A stretch of DNA of 43,576 nt from Oscillospiraceae bacterium. Its GTDB lineage: Bacteria; Bacillota; Clostridia; Oscillospirales; Ruminococcaceae. Location of the stretch: positions 1-43,576 of the forward strand of contig WRME01000001.1 in assembly GCA_009777275.1 (NCBI GenBank), written 5' to 3'. The notes beneath the pieces are model-generated. The model was not told the DNA's origin and did not search any database. It saw only the letters and a program-made list of their open reading frames with translations. This document shows, piece after piece, positions 35,223 to 43,416 of this stretch (positions within the stretch are counted from its first letter, which is position 1; each line of letters opens with the position of its first letter). A program made the position numbers and the translations under genes.

Positions 35223-36518
35223 ATGCTCAGAAAAATTACCGCTAAGCTGAACCAATGGAACGAATCTTTATACAGAAAACCTCTCATCCTGCAAGGAGCG
35301 AGACAGGTTGGCAAAACATACACAGTTTTAGAATTTGCCCGGGAACGGTATGATAATGTCGCATATATTAATTTTGAATTTGACAGGTCTGCTATGGATA
35401 TATTTGCAAACAGCCTTGATCCAAAGGAGATCGTTCCTAAGATAGAGATTTTCACCAAACAAACGATAACCAAAGGCAGAACGCTTATATTCTTAGACGA
35501 AATACAAAAATGCCCCCCTGCCCTTACATCGTTAAAATACTTTGACGAATTTGCGTCAGAGTATCATATTATTGCAGCGGGAAGTCTGCTGGGGGTTGCC
35601 GTAAGCCGAGAGGAGTTTTCATTTCCGGTAGGCAAGGTCAATCGCTTGACGCTCTATCCCATGGATTTTGAGGAGTTTCTGATTGCGGTCGGCAAACCCG
35701 AACTCTCTGATATGATTAGGGATTGTTTTGCGGCAAATGCTCCTATGGATACTGTCTATCACAATGCGCTTTTGGAGCTGTACAGACAGTATTTAGTGGT
35801 CGGGGGTATGCCCGATTGTGTATCCAAGTTTGTAGAGACGGGTGACAACACCCTTATAAGAGCAACGCAAAGATTGATTTTAGAAGATTATTTAGACGAT
35901 ATGAGCAAATATAACAGCAAGAACGAGATAAAGAAAACAAGGCTTGTATACAGCAGTGTTACCGCTCAGCTTTCTAAAAAGAACACACGCTTTCAGTACA
36001 AACTAATAAAATCGGGAGGCAGAGCATCAGAGTTTGAAAACGCTATCGAGTGGCTGATTCTGTCGGGTATCGTTACTCGGGTAAACGCTCTCGAAACAAT
36101 AAAAAAACCTCTCGACAACTACAAGAACATCGACAGCTTTAAAATATTTATCTCTGATGTCGGTCTTTTGTGCGCTAAAAACAATCTGCCCGCCAATGAT
36201 GTGTTGTGGGATTCAAGCGAACTCAATGATTTTAAAGGCGGAATGACCGAAAACTATGTATGTAATCAGTTGGTCTCAAGCGGACATGAGTGCTACACAT
36301 GGCATAGCAATGGCGAAGCCGAAATGGATTTTGTAATACAGCGGGAGGGAACGGTTATACCTATAGAGGTAAAATCCGCCGATAACAGCAAGGCGAAAAG
36401 CCTGAAGACATATATAAACAAATTCAAACCCGAATATGCCATAAAGGTTTCGTCCAACAATTTCGGCTATGAAGATGGAATAAAAACCATTCCGTTATAT
36501 GCCGCTTTTTGTATATAA
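35223..36518 (+). CDS. AAA+ ATPase (AAA_14-like) fused to a DUF4143 / PD-(D/E)xK-like C-terminal domain
   Basis: Walker A GARQVGKT; Walker B LIFLDEIQ. C-terminal EAEMDFVIQREGTVIPIEVKS is a D...E-x-K nuclease-fold motif. Confidence 0.8.
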   Translation: MLRKITAKLNQWNESLYRKPLILQGARQVGKTYTVLEFARERYDNVAYINFEFDRSAMDIFANSLDPKEIVPKIEIFTKQTITKGRTLIFLDEIQKCPPALTSLKYFDEFASEYHIIAAGSLLGVAVSREEFSFPVGKVNRLTLYPMDFEEFLIAVGKPELSDMIRDCFAANAPMDTVYHNALLELYRQYLVVGGMPDCVSKFVETGDNTLIRATQRLILEDYLDDMSKYNSKNEIKKTRLVYSSVTAQLSKKNTRFQYKLIKSGGRASEFENAIEWLILSGIVTRVNALETIKKPLDNYKNIDSFKIFISDVGLLCAKNNLPANDVLWDSSELNDFKGGMTENYVCNQLVSSGHECYTWHSNGEAEMDFVIQREGTVIPIEVKSADNSKAKSLKTYINKFKPEYAIKVSSNNFGYEDGIKTIPLYAAFCI

Positions 36519-36535
36519 CAGGGGAGGAATGTCCA

Positions 36536-37273
36536 ATGCTCTATGCGGCAATAATGGCGGGCGGCAGGGGGGAACGGCTGGGCGGAGATCTGCCTAAACA
36601 GTTTCTGCCCGTTTGCAGCAGGCCCGTTATAATCCGAACCCTCGATGTATTTATGGGTCTCGGAGTTTTCGATTGTATCTATATCGGCATGGCTCCCGAT
36701 TGGATCGAACACTGCACCCGTCTCCTGAAAGAACACGGTTACTGTGATGGCAGCATAAAACTTGTTGCAGGCGGACAGAGCCGTCATCTCACGATGGTTA
36801 ATATCCTGCGTGAAATCAACAACACAAAGAACGATATTATCGTTACCCACGATGCCGCCCGTCCCTTTGTCAGCGGCAGGATGATACTCGACAGCATCAG
36901 TGCCGCCAAACAACATGGCGCCTGCGGAGCGTATATAGAATCTACCGACAGTCTTGCCCTGTCGCAAGACGGGGACTCTATCGGGCAATGTCTCCAACGC
37001 AATGGGATTTATTTAGCGCAAACCCCTCAGAGCTTTCGTCTCGATCTGTTGTTAGAGTGCATAGACAAACTCAGCCCGTCTCAAGCGGAACAGCTCACAG
37101 ACGCCTGTTCGGTCTTTAGATTATGCGGCCTGCCTGTAAAGATAATCCCCGGAGAATCAAGCAATCTCAAGATAACCACAAAAAGCGACATGGAATATGC
37201 AGAGTATGTGGCAACGACACGGAAAAACACCCGCCCTTGCGAGGGCACCCCGACGGCAATTGACAATGGATAG
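36536..37273 (+). CDS. IspD/TarI-family cytidylyltransferase (by memory closer to TarI, ribitol-5-P cytidylyltransferase)
   Basis: GGGGAGGA SD then ATG 36536. AIMAGGRGERLGGDLPKQFL, VTHDAARPF, AQTPQSF, SNLKITT. The last ~17 codons (RKNTRPCEGTPTAIDNG) are encoded by H4 and heptamer repeat modules. Confidence 0.75.
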   Translation: MLYAAIMAGGRGERLGGDLPKQFLPVCSRPVIIRTLDVFMGLGVFDCIYIGMAPDWIEHCTRLLKEHGYCDGSIKLVAGGQSRHLTMVNILREINNTKNDIIVTHDAARPFVSGRMILDSISAAKQHGACGAYIESTDSLALSQDGDSIGQCLQRNGIYLAQTPQSFRLDLLLECIDKLSPSQAEQLTDACSVFRLCGLPVKIIPGESSNLKITTKSDMEYAEYVATTRKNTRPCEGTPTAIDNG

Positions 37274-37505
37274 TTGACAATTGACAATTATTGTAACTAT
37301 AAATTCGCTGACAAAAATAGAGTTAGATTCCTATAATTTCAAGCCCCCGTAACTGTCCATTGTTCATTGTAAATTGTCAATTGTCATCGGGGTGCCGCCG
37401 CAGCGGCGGGTGTTTTTCCCGTAGGGGCGGCAATCTGCCGCCCGTGGTTCTCACGGATTGCGGGTGTTTTTTCCTGTAGGGTACGCACACCTGTGCGTAC
37501 CGTGG
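37222..37505. repeat. Mosaic repeat locus overlapping the tarI/ispD 3' end and preceding ymdB
   Basis: Order: H4 variant (GCCCT-tgcg-AGGGC) 37222-37251; heptamer array(rc) 37256-37293; spacer; heptamer array 37351-37385; H4(rc, terminator-like GGGTGTTTTT) 37389-37420; H2 37421-37449; cacggattgcgggtgtttttt 37452-37472; H1 37475-37505. Confidence 0.85.
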
Positions 37506-37566
37506 ATACAAAAACGCCGTGTTTATGCCAACGAATGACCGAAAGCAAACAGAATGGAGAGATAAC

Positions 37567-38334
37567 ATGAAAATTTTATTTATAGGTGATGTTGTGGGGT
37601 CGGGCGGGTGCGAATATGTTCGGAACAGACTGCCCTCTCTTAAAAAGGAGCATGACATAGCGGTTACTATTGCCAACGGTGAAAACTCTGCTATAGGCAA
37701 CGGAATCCTGCCGCAGTCGGCGCGGCATCTGTTCGACAGCGGGGTGGATATTATCACAACCGGCAACCATGTCTTCAAACGCAAGGAAATATACCCCTAT
37801 CTCGATGAAACTCAGGGCATCATACGTCCCGCTAACATCTCGGCAAAATGCCCGGGCAGGGGTCTGTTTGTACTCGATTGCGGCAGGGATAAGGTATGCG
37901 TAATAAACCTCATAGGTCAGGTTTATATGGAGCCTGTCGATAACCCTTTTTGCAAGATGGACAGGCTGTTGCAAAAAAACGAAAATAAGATAACAATAGT
38001 TGATTTTCACGCAGAGGCGACAAGCGAAAAGGGCGCAATGGCGCACTATCTTGACGGAAGAGTGTCGGCCGTTATAGGAACCCATACCCATGTGCAGACC
38101 TGTGACGAGCAGATTCTGCCCAGGGGGACGGGGTTTATCACCGATGCCGGAATGACAGGGCCGCAGCTATCGGTGCTGGGTGTCACCCCCGAATCTATCA
38201 TCAGCAAACTCACTACCGGAATGCCCGCAAAATTCGAGACAAGCGAAAACCCCTGTTTTTTAAACGGGGTAATACTGGATATAGACTCATCAAGCGGCAA
38301 GTGTGTGGGGATAAAGAGGGTGATGGATAATTGA
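37567..38334 (+). CDS. ymdB: YmdB-type metallophosphoesterase (TIGR00282 family)
   Basis: MKILFIGDVVG, NGENSA, GNH, VDFHAEATSEK, GTHTHVQT motifs. GGAGA SD before ATG 37567. The stop codon lies in a repeat module. Confidence 0.85.
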   Translation: MKILFIGDVVGSGGCEYVRNRLPSLKKEHDIAVTIANGENSAIGNGILPQSARHLFDSGVDIITTGNHVFKRKEIYPYLDETQGIIRPANISAKCPGRGLFVLDCGRDKVCVINLIGQVYMEPVDNPFCKMDRLLQKNENKITIVDFHAEATSEKGAMAHYLDGRVSAVIGTHTHVQTCDEQILPRGTGFITDAGMTGPQLSVLGVTPESIISKLTTGMPAKFETSENPCFLNGVILDIDSSSGKCVGIKRVMDN

Positions 38335-38471
38335 CAGTTACGGGGGGTAACCACGAAATACACTAAAACCACGAAAAGGGAAAAACACCCGCCGCTGCGG
38401 CGGCACCCTCTTTACGAAAGAGGGCAGGGGCTAATAATCTCAAGTCCCTGTAACTGTACATTGTCAATCGG
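38329..38471. repeat. Mosaic repeat locus between ymdB and the HD gene; contains both stop codons
   Basis: Order: aattgacagttacgggggg 38329-38347; CACGAAA array(rc) 38349-38379; H4 38381-38408; H5 38406-38424; variant spacer plus heptamers 38425-38471. Confidence 0.8.
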
Positions 38472-39204
38472 TATTTTTGTATCTTAATGAGTAGCGTGTT
38501 TTGGAATGCTCCCTATAAATATCACTCAGTATTCTACCGATGCTTTCCAGCACTAAACGATGGTCTGTTGTCATTTTGACCTTGAATATTGTTTCGATAT
38601 TGTTATCAATAAAAGTGATTTGACTGCGTATTCGACGTACAAAATCAGGAAGTGTTTCCGCATCACCGAGGTTAGACAGTATGTCCAACAATTTGAGAAA
38701 CAATGCTTTTGGACTCATCTCGGACAGTTTGTAGTTGGTATATTCGGACTTGTCTATCCACTGCGTTTCTCCGTTCGGTAACGACTTTGGATATTTCCCT
38801 TCTGCATTTTTTGCCTCGTTAGTCAGTTCAACAACAATAGTAGTAACCGAATATCCGAAAGTTTTCTTCATCCACTCAATTGTGGTAATCTGGTCTTCGC
38901 CGCGCTTGACGGCATCTTCTAAGTAGTCGTGCAATACCGCCGCCGCATACATAACATCATCACCATGTGAAAATTGATAGTGCATACATAGTCGGTAAAT
39001 CTCAGTACAGTGGTCTTCGTAAGGCAAACCGGTGGTTTTACGCACTTTTCCCTCATATGCTCTTTTTGCTACCGCTTTTGCCATACGCAAGAGCGGAAAT
39101 TGTTTTGCTGATGTGCCGGCCACAAGATTAGTTTCACAATCGTAGTAGATGGTGTCTGATTCATAGCAATTTCGATTATTAAAGTTTATAACGGTTCTTT
39201 CCAA
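38464..39204 (-). CDS. HD-domain hydrolase with RelA/SpoT-type HDxxED motif (small alarmone hydrolase-like)
   Basis: GLPYEDHCTEIYRL...AAAVLHDYLEDA matches the (p)ppGpp-hydrolase HD_4 signature. AAAGGAGG lies 8 nt before TTG 39204; the ORF-track start is 39249. AT-rich compared with neighbours. Confidence 0.7.
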   Translation of the reverse strand: MERTVINFNNRNCYESDTIYYDCETNLVAGTSAKQFPLLRMAKAVAKRAYEGKVRKTTGLPYEDHCTEIYRLCMHYQFSHGDDVMYAAAVLHDYLEDAVKRGEDQITTIEWMKKTFGYSVTTIVVELTNEAKNAEGKYPKSLPNGETQWIDKSEYTNYKLSEMSPKALFLKLLDILSNLGDAETLPDFVRRIRSQITFIDNNIETIFKVKMTTDHRLVLESIGRILSDIYREHSKTRYSLRYKNTD

Positions 39205-39243
39205 AAGTAATGCCTCCTTTGTAAAATTAAATTCACTTGAAAA

Positions 39244-39346
39244 CCGCAATTCCTGCGGGATTAGGCTTTAAGAAATAGGACTTGAAATTTCAATCCCATG
39301 CCCTCTTTCGTAAAGAGGGTGCCCTCGCAAGGGCGGGTGTTTTTTT
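39244..39346. repeat. Mosaic repeat locus upstream of the HD gene, with H5+H4 inverted relative to 38381-38430
   Basis: Order: ccgcaattcctgcgg 39244-39258; cttgaaatttcaatcc 39281-39296; H5(rc) 39301-39319; H4 variant(rc) 39318-39346. Confidence 0.8.
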
Positions 39347-39421
39347 GGCCAATCAACCCTTGACCCCGCAAAGATTTTATGATATATTATAGTTACAAAT
39401 TCGGAAAGGACGGTATGCCGG

Positions 39422-39826
39422 ATGAAAAAAGCCATCGTGGTTTGTACGGGTAATATATGCCGCAGTCCTATGGGAGAGATTATTCTCGCTAAGAGGGCGG
39501 AGGGTCTTGGGTGGATTGTAGAATCCCGCGGTGTTCAGGCTGATGTCGGCTCTGAGATGACCCGCTATTCACGCATTGCCCTTGAGGAGCTGGGATATGA
39601 CGTTCCCCCCCATTCGGCAAAACAGCTGACCCATGAGGATATAACAGGGTCAGATCTGCTTATCGTAATGACGACAGGGCATATAAAAGCAATAGCAGCT
39701 ATGGTTCCGCAGGCCAGGGACAAGTGTCTGTTGCTTGGGGTTCCCGATCCGTGGGGTTATGATATAGAGACATACAGAGAATGCCGTGATTCTATCCTTG
39801 AGAATATAAACAAAATAGAGCTATGA
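39422..39826 (+). CDS. Low-molecular-weight protein tyrosine/arginine phosphatase (YwlE-like)
   Basis: VCTGNICRSPMGE is the CX5R(S) P-loop. DPWG general-acid region. 134 aa. Confidence 0.85.
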   Translation: MKKAIVVCTGNICRSPMGEIILAKRAEGLGWIVESRGVQADVGSEMTRYSRIALEELGYDVPPHSAKQLTHEDITGSDLLIVMTTGHIKAIAAMVPQARDKCLLLGVPDPWGYDIETYRECRDSILENINKIEL

Positions 39827-41188
39827 TATGTCGCTATCATCCTGCTTAAAACCCTCTGTGCTGTCTGACTTTAGCAGCACCTTAAAGGTTTGCAGGAGCA
39901 GGAGCAGGTCTATCCAAACCGAATATCTTTCTATATAAAGCAGATCGAGGGTGAGCTTGTCCCTTGGAGAGGTGTTGTATTTCCCCGAAATCTGCGCTAT
40001 GCCCGTAAGACCCGCCTTTACCTTGAGGCGATACTTGTATTCGGGCATATCTTTTTCGTATTCCTTGGCTATCTCCAGCTGTTCGGGACGGGGTCCGACA
40101 AAACTCATGTCCCCCATGAAGATATTAAAGAAATTCGGCAGTTCGTCTAAGCGATACCTCCGCAGAAACCTGCCCACCCTTGTTATACGGGGATCCCCGT
40201 CATAGCTTGGGGTTGCTCCGTCCTTTTCGGCATCGGTCACCATCGTTCTAAACTTATACATCATAAACACCCGTCCGCTGCGGGTCATGCGTTCCTGTTT
40301 GATCATAACCGGAGATCCGTCGCATATCCTTATGATTATCGCCTCTATTATCATAACAGGAGCGGCTATAGCAAGGCTTAGAGCCGAGAAGACTATGTCA
40401 GAGACACGCTTGATAAACAGCTGCTCAAATGTAAGTCCCCGTGACGCCGACGAAAAGACCGCCATATCGTCAAGCATAGTCTGCTGTGCGTGTTTTGTGA
40501 TTATATCCGAAACATCGGGTGTGAAGTGTATGTTTTTATTGTGTTTGTATGAATATTCTATAATAGCGTTTCTCTCGGTAGCCGGAACATCGAATAGAAA
40601 AATACATTTATGCGCTCGTATCTCTCTTTTTATATCGGCATCGTCATACAAGATTTCCTTAGAAACACACCACTGCTTTCTGTATTTTTTCAGCTTTTCG
40701 CAGCTTGCAGGCAGGGTATCGGGATTGCCGTATACCACAAGGCAGGGTTCGGGGTCAAAGAGCTTGAAATAGATAAAATTACCCAACCATGTAAAGGTTA
40801 TTATGATAATGAGCTGAGCGAGATATATCAGAATGAGAACACCGATGTTTTGCAATGTCAGCTCCTGTGTCATTATCGAAAGGGAGAAGAATGTGGTCAA
40901 ATCACACATAAGCGTTGCCAAGGCTAACGAGTTTATGATCTCGTTGTCTTTTTTTTCGCCTATAGCAAACCCGCCATAGATTCGTATAAACAAAACCCCC
41001 GACACTATAAAGGTTGAGTATGTTATGGCCGTGGTTCTGGACAGGTCGAACATAAAGGGATATTCGTAATAAAACATCCAAAAGAATATGCCGCACAACC
41101 CCGCAAACATAAACAGTTTCACGAGAAACAATATGGTCTTTTCTATCCGCCTAAATATTTTTTTCAATCTTATCACGCTCCTCCGCAA
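39821..41188 (-). CDS. Polyprenyl-phosphate hexose-1-phosphate transferase (WbaP/EpsL-type bacterial sugar transferase)
   Basis: N-terminal TM bundle. C-terminal RLDELPNFFNIFMGDMSFVGPRPE and KAGLTGIAQ motifs. Start uncertain (TTG 41188 or a downstream alternative). Confidence 0.8.
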   Translation of the reverse strand: MRRSVIRLKKIFRRIEKTILFLVKLFMFAGLCGIFFWMFYYEYPFMFDLSRTTAITYSTFIVSGVLFIRIYGGFAIGEKKDNEIINSLALATLMCDLTTFFSLSIMTQELTLQNIGVLILIYLAQLIIIITFTWLGNFIYFKLFDPEPCLVVYGNPDTLPASCEKLKKYRKQWCVSKEILYDDADIKREIRAHKCIFLFDVPATERNAIIEYSYKHNKNIHFTPDVSDIITKHAQQTMLDDMAVFSSASRGLTFEQLFIKRVSDIVFSALSLAIAAPVMIIEAIIIRICDGSPVMIKQERMTRSGRVFMMYKFRTMVTDAEKDGATPSYDGDPRITRVGRFLRRYRLDELPNFFNIFMGDMSFVGPRPEQLEIAKEYEKDMPEYKYRLKVKAGLTGIAQISGKYNTSPRDKLTLDLLYIERYSVWIDLLLLLQTFKVLLKSDSTEGFKQDDSDIS

Positions 41189-41276
41189 AACAGCTAATAC
41201 ATAATTGTAACACGTTAATCGAAATTATACAACTGTCATTTTTTGGTATGTCAAATTTGAATGTTTGAGGAATGTG

Positions 41277-41305
41277 TTGCAATTATGTCGGGGATGTGAT
41301 AGAAT
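41277..41305 (+). promoter_or_regulatory. Candidate sigma-A promoter of the rpn-family gene
   Basis: TTGCAA 41277-41282, 17-nt spacer, TGaTAGAAT with -10 at 41300-41305. Confidence 0.4.
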
Positions 41306-41337
41306 GATATTATAGAGAAATAGAAAGGAGCAATATC

Positions 41338-42189
41338 ATGCCAAAACAATTTTTATCCCCACGCAATGATTTAATCTTCAAACTTCTATTCGGAGACGAA
41401 CGCAGTAAAGAAATTCTAACCGATTTTCTAAAGTCCGTACTGCTGATTCCCCACGAAGATTACGACACGATAACCATCCTTGACCCGCACCTTTTACCTG
41501 ACTACAGGGACGGTAAACTGGGCATAATTGACGTGAAGTTGCAGACAAAATCGGGCAAGATAATCAATATCGAGATTCAGGTCGAACACATACCGCAGAT
41601 GAGAGAACGGGTGATTTTCTACGATGCTAAGATGGTCACAGAGCAGATCGGTGCGAGCGAGAACTACGAGAAAATCAAGAAAGTCATCAGCATCATAATA
41701 ACCAACCACGAGTTTATAGAAAAAAGTCCGAAATACCATCACAGATTCACTCTTTACGATGCCGACAATCAGGTCGAATTTACCGACACAATCGAGATTA
41801 ACACGCTGGAATTGCCCAAGATCCCCGGCGATTCAGACGGCACACCATTGTGGGACTGGATGAAGTTTCTCGATGCGAAAAATGAGGAGGATTTGGACAT
41901 GGCAGCAGTAGCGAACACGCAGGTCAACAACGCCGTAATACGGCTAAAAGAGCTGTCCGCAGACGAGCGGACGAGGATGTTATACGAATCCCGTATAAAG
42001 ATGGAACGGGACATTTATTCGATAACAAAGGGGAAAGAGGATGCAGCCGAGAAGCGGGGTATGGAGCGGGGAATGGAGAGAGGCAAAATCACCATTGCCC
42101 GCAACGCACTTAGGATGAACATTCCTGTTGCCGACATAGCCAAGCTAACCAACCTTACCCCCGAAGAGATCGAATCCTTACTCCCATAA
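41338..42189 (+). CDS. Rpn-family recombination-promoting nuclease / putative transposase (PD-(D/E)xK, TIGR01784-like)
   Basis: LSPRNDLIFKLLFGDE N-terminus. GIIDVKLQ...INIEIQV nuclease core. AAAGGAG SD. Confidence 0.8.
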   Translation: MPKQFLSPRNDLIFKLLFGDERSKEILTDFLKSVLLIPHEDYDTITILDPHLLPDYRDGKLGIIDVKLQTKSGKIINIEIQVEHIPQMRERVIFYDAKMVTEQIGASENYEKIKKVISIIITNHEFIEKSPKYHHRFTLYDADNQVEFTDTIEINTLELPKIPGDSDGTPLWDWMKFLDAKNEEDLDMAAVANTQVNNAVIRLKELSADERTRMLYESRIKMERDIYSITKGKEDAAEKRGMERGMERGKITIARNALRMNIPVADIAKLTNLTPEEIESLLP

Positions 42190-42200
42190 CCCCACACAAA

Positions 42201-42231
42201 ACCGGACGGCATTGCCGTCCGGTGTCTTTTT
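42201..42231 (+). terminator. Rho-independent terminator of the rpn-family gene
   Basis: ACCGGACGGC, loop att, GCCGTCCGGT (10-bp stem), then gtcTTTTT. Confidence 0.8.
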
Positions 42232-42354
42232 ATAGCTACATACTTCATTCAATTAGCCACACTTCATTCAATAGCAAACTCTGCTCCTACAACCTGTCTT
42301 CCGCTGCCCTGCAGCACACGGTATTTTCCCAATCAATCTCTCCCAACAATCTTC

Positions 42355-42383
42355 TTGATATTTTGAGCGATTTATGGTATAGT
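42355..42383 (+). promoter_or_regulatory. Candidate sigma-A promoter of dgt
   Basis: TTGATA 42355-42360, 17-nt spacer, TGgTATAGT with -10 at 42378-42383. Confidence 0.4.
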
Positions 42384-42426
42384 TAGTTTAATAACGTTTA
42401 ACAACAATCGAGCGGAGGGTTTGTTT

Positions 42427-43416
42427 ATGACAATAAGAGAGAAAACCGAGATGATAGAGGTTTCAACTCTGAGTAAATACGCTGCATTGTCGATTAAAAC
42501 AAAGGGACGCACAAGGCTTGAGAGCGAATGTCCCATGCGTGCCGCTTTTCAGCGGGATCGGGACAGGATTATACACTCCAACGCATTTCGCAGGCTCAAG
42601 CATAAAACCCAGGTCTTTATATCACCCGAGAAGGATCACTACCGCACACGTCTGACCCATACGCTTGAGGTTGCTCAGATCGCACGGACTATCGCTCGTG
42701 GATTGCGGCTCAACGAAGACCTTGCCGAAGCCATTGCGTTGGGACACGATTTAGGACACACCCCTTTCGGTCACGCGGGCGAAAGGGCGCTGGACAAAAT
42801 ATGCAGGCATGGATTCAGGCACAATCTGCAGAGTGTGCGTGTTGTAGAGTTTCTCGAAAAAGAGGGTAAAGGGCTGAATCTCACCTATGAGGTCAAAAAC
42901 GGCATCGAGAACCATGTGGACGGAAATGCCGCCACCCTTGAGGGGCAGTTGGTGGAGGTCTCGGACAAGATCGCATTTGTCAACCATGATATAGAGGACG
43001 CCATACGAGGCGGAATAATCACAAGCAAAGACATTCCGTATAATTGCGACTACTTTCTCGGCAAGACCAAAAGCCAACGTATACACACCGCCGTAAACTC
43101 GATAATACAGGGCAGCGGTGAGAAGATACAGATGCACCCCGAAATCAAAAAGGCGCATGACCAGCTGCTTGATTTTATGTATAAGAAGGTCTATATAGAT
43201 TCCGCCGCCAAGACAGAGGAAAACAAGGTAGAGGGATTGATGAGAAGTGTGTATGAATATTATCTCGCCAAGCCGCAAGGTCTGCCGCCATTTTATGCGG
43301 AGATAGCCGAAAAAGAGGACATCGACAGAGCGGTCTGCGACTACATCGCCGGAATGAGCGACATATATCTTGTCAAACTGCACAATCGGCTATTCGTACC
43401 GCAGGCGTGGGAATAA
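42427..43416 (+). CDS. dgt: dGTPase-like dNTP triphosphohydrolase (HD superfamily)
   Basis: FQRDRDRIIHSNAFRRLKHKTQVF, HYRTRLTHTLEVAQIAR, GHDLGHTPFGHAGE. GGAGGG SD 7 nt before ATG 42427. Confidence 0.85.
   Translation: MTIREKTEMIEVSTLSKYAALSIKTKGRTRLESECPMRAAFQRDRDRIIHSNAFRRLKHKTQVFISPEKDHYRTRLTHTLEVAQIARTIARGLRLNEDLAEAIALGHDLGHTPFGHAGERALDKICRHGFRHNLQSVRVVEFLEKEGKGLNLTYEVKNGIENHVDGNAATLEGQLVEVSDKIAFVNHDIEDAIRGGIITSKDIPYNCDYFLGKTKSQRIHTAVNSIIQGSGEKIQMHPEIKKAHDQLLDFMYKKVYIDSAAKTEENKVEGLMRSVYEYYLAKPQGLPPFYAEIAEKEDIDRAVCDYIAGMSDIYLVKLHNRLFVPQAWE

Noticed and set aside
41338-43416. rpn, dgt, AAA+/nuclease, hicAB and radC read together as an anti-phage defence island
   Set aside because: The genes are scattered among housekeeping, sporulation and flagellar genes. 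The 331-aa dgt-like gene is the common Firmicute housekeeping form. No known multi-gene defence architecture (for example helicase plus nuclease partners in an operon) is present.
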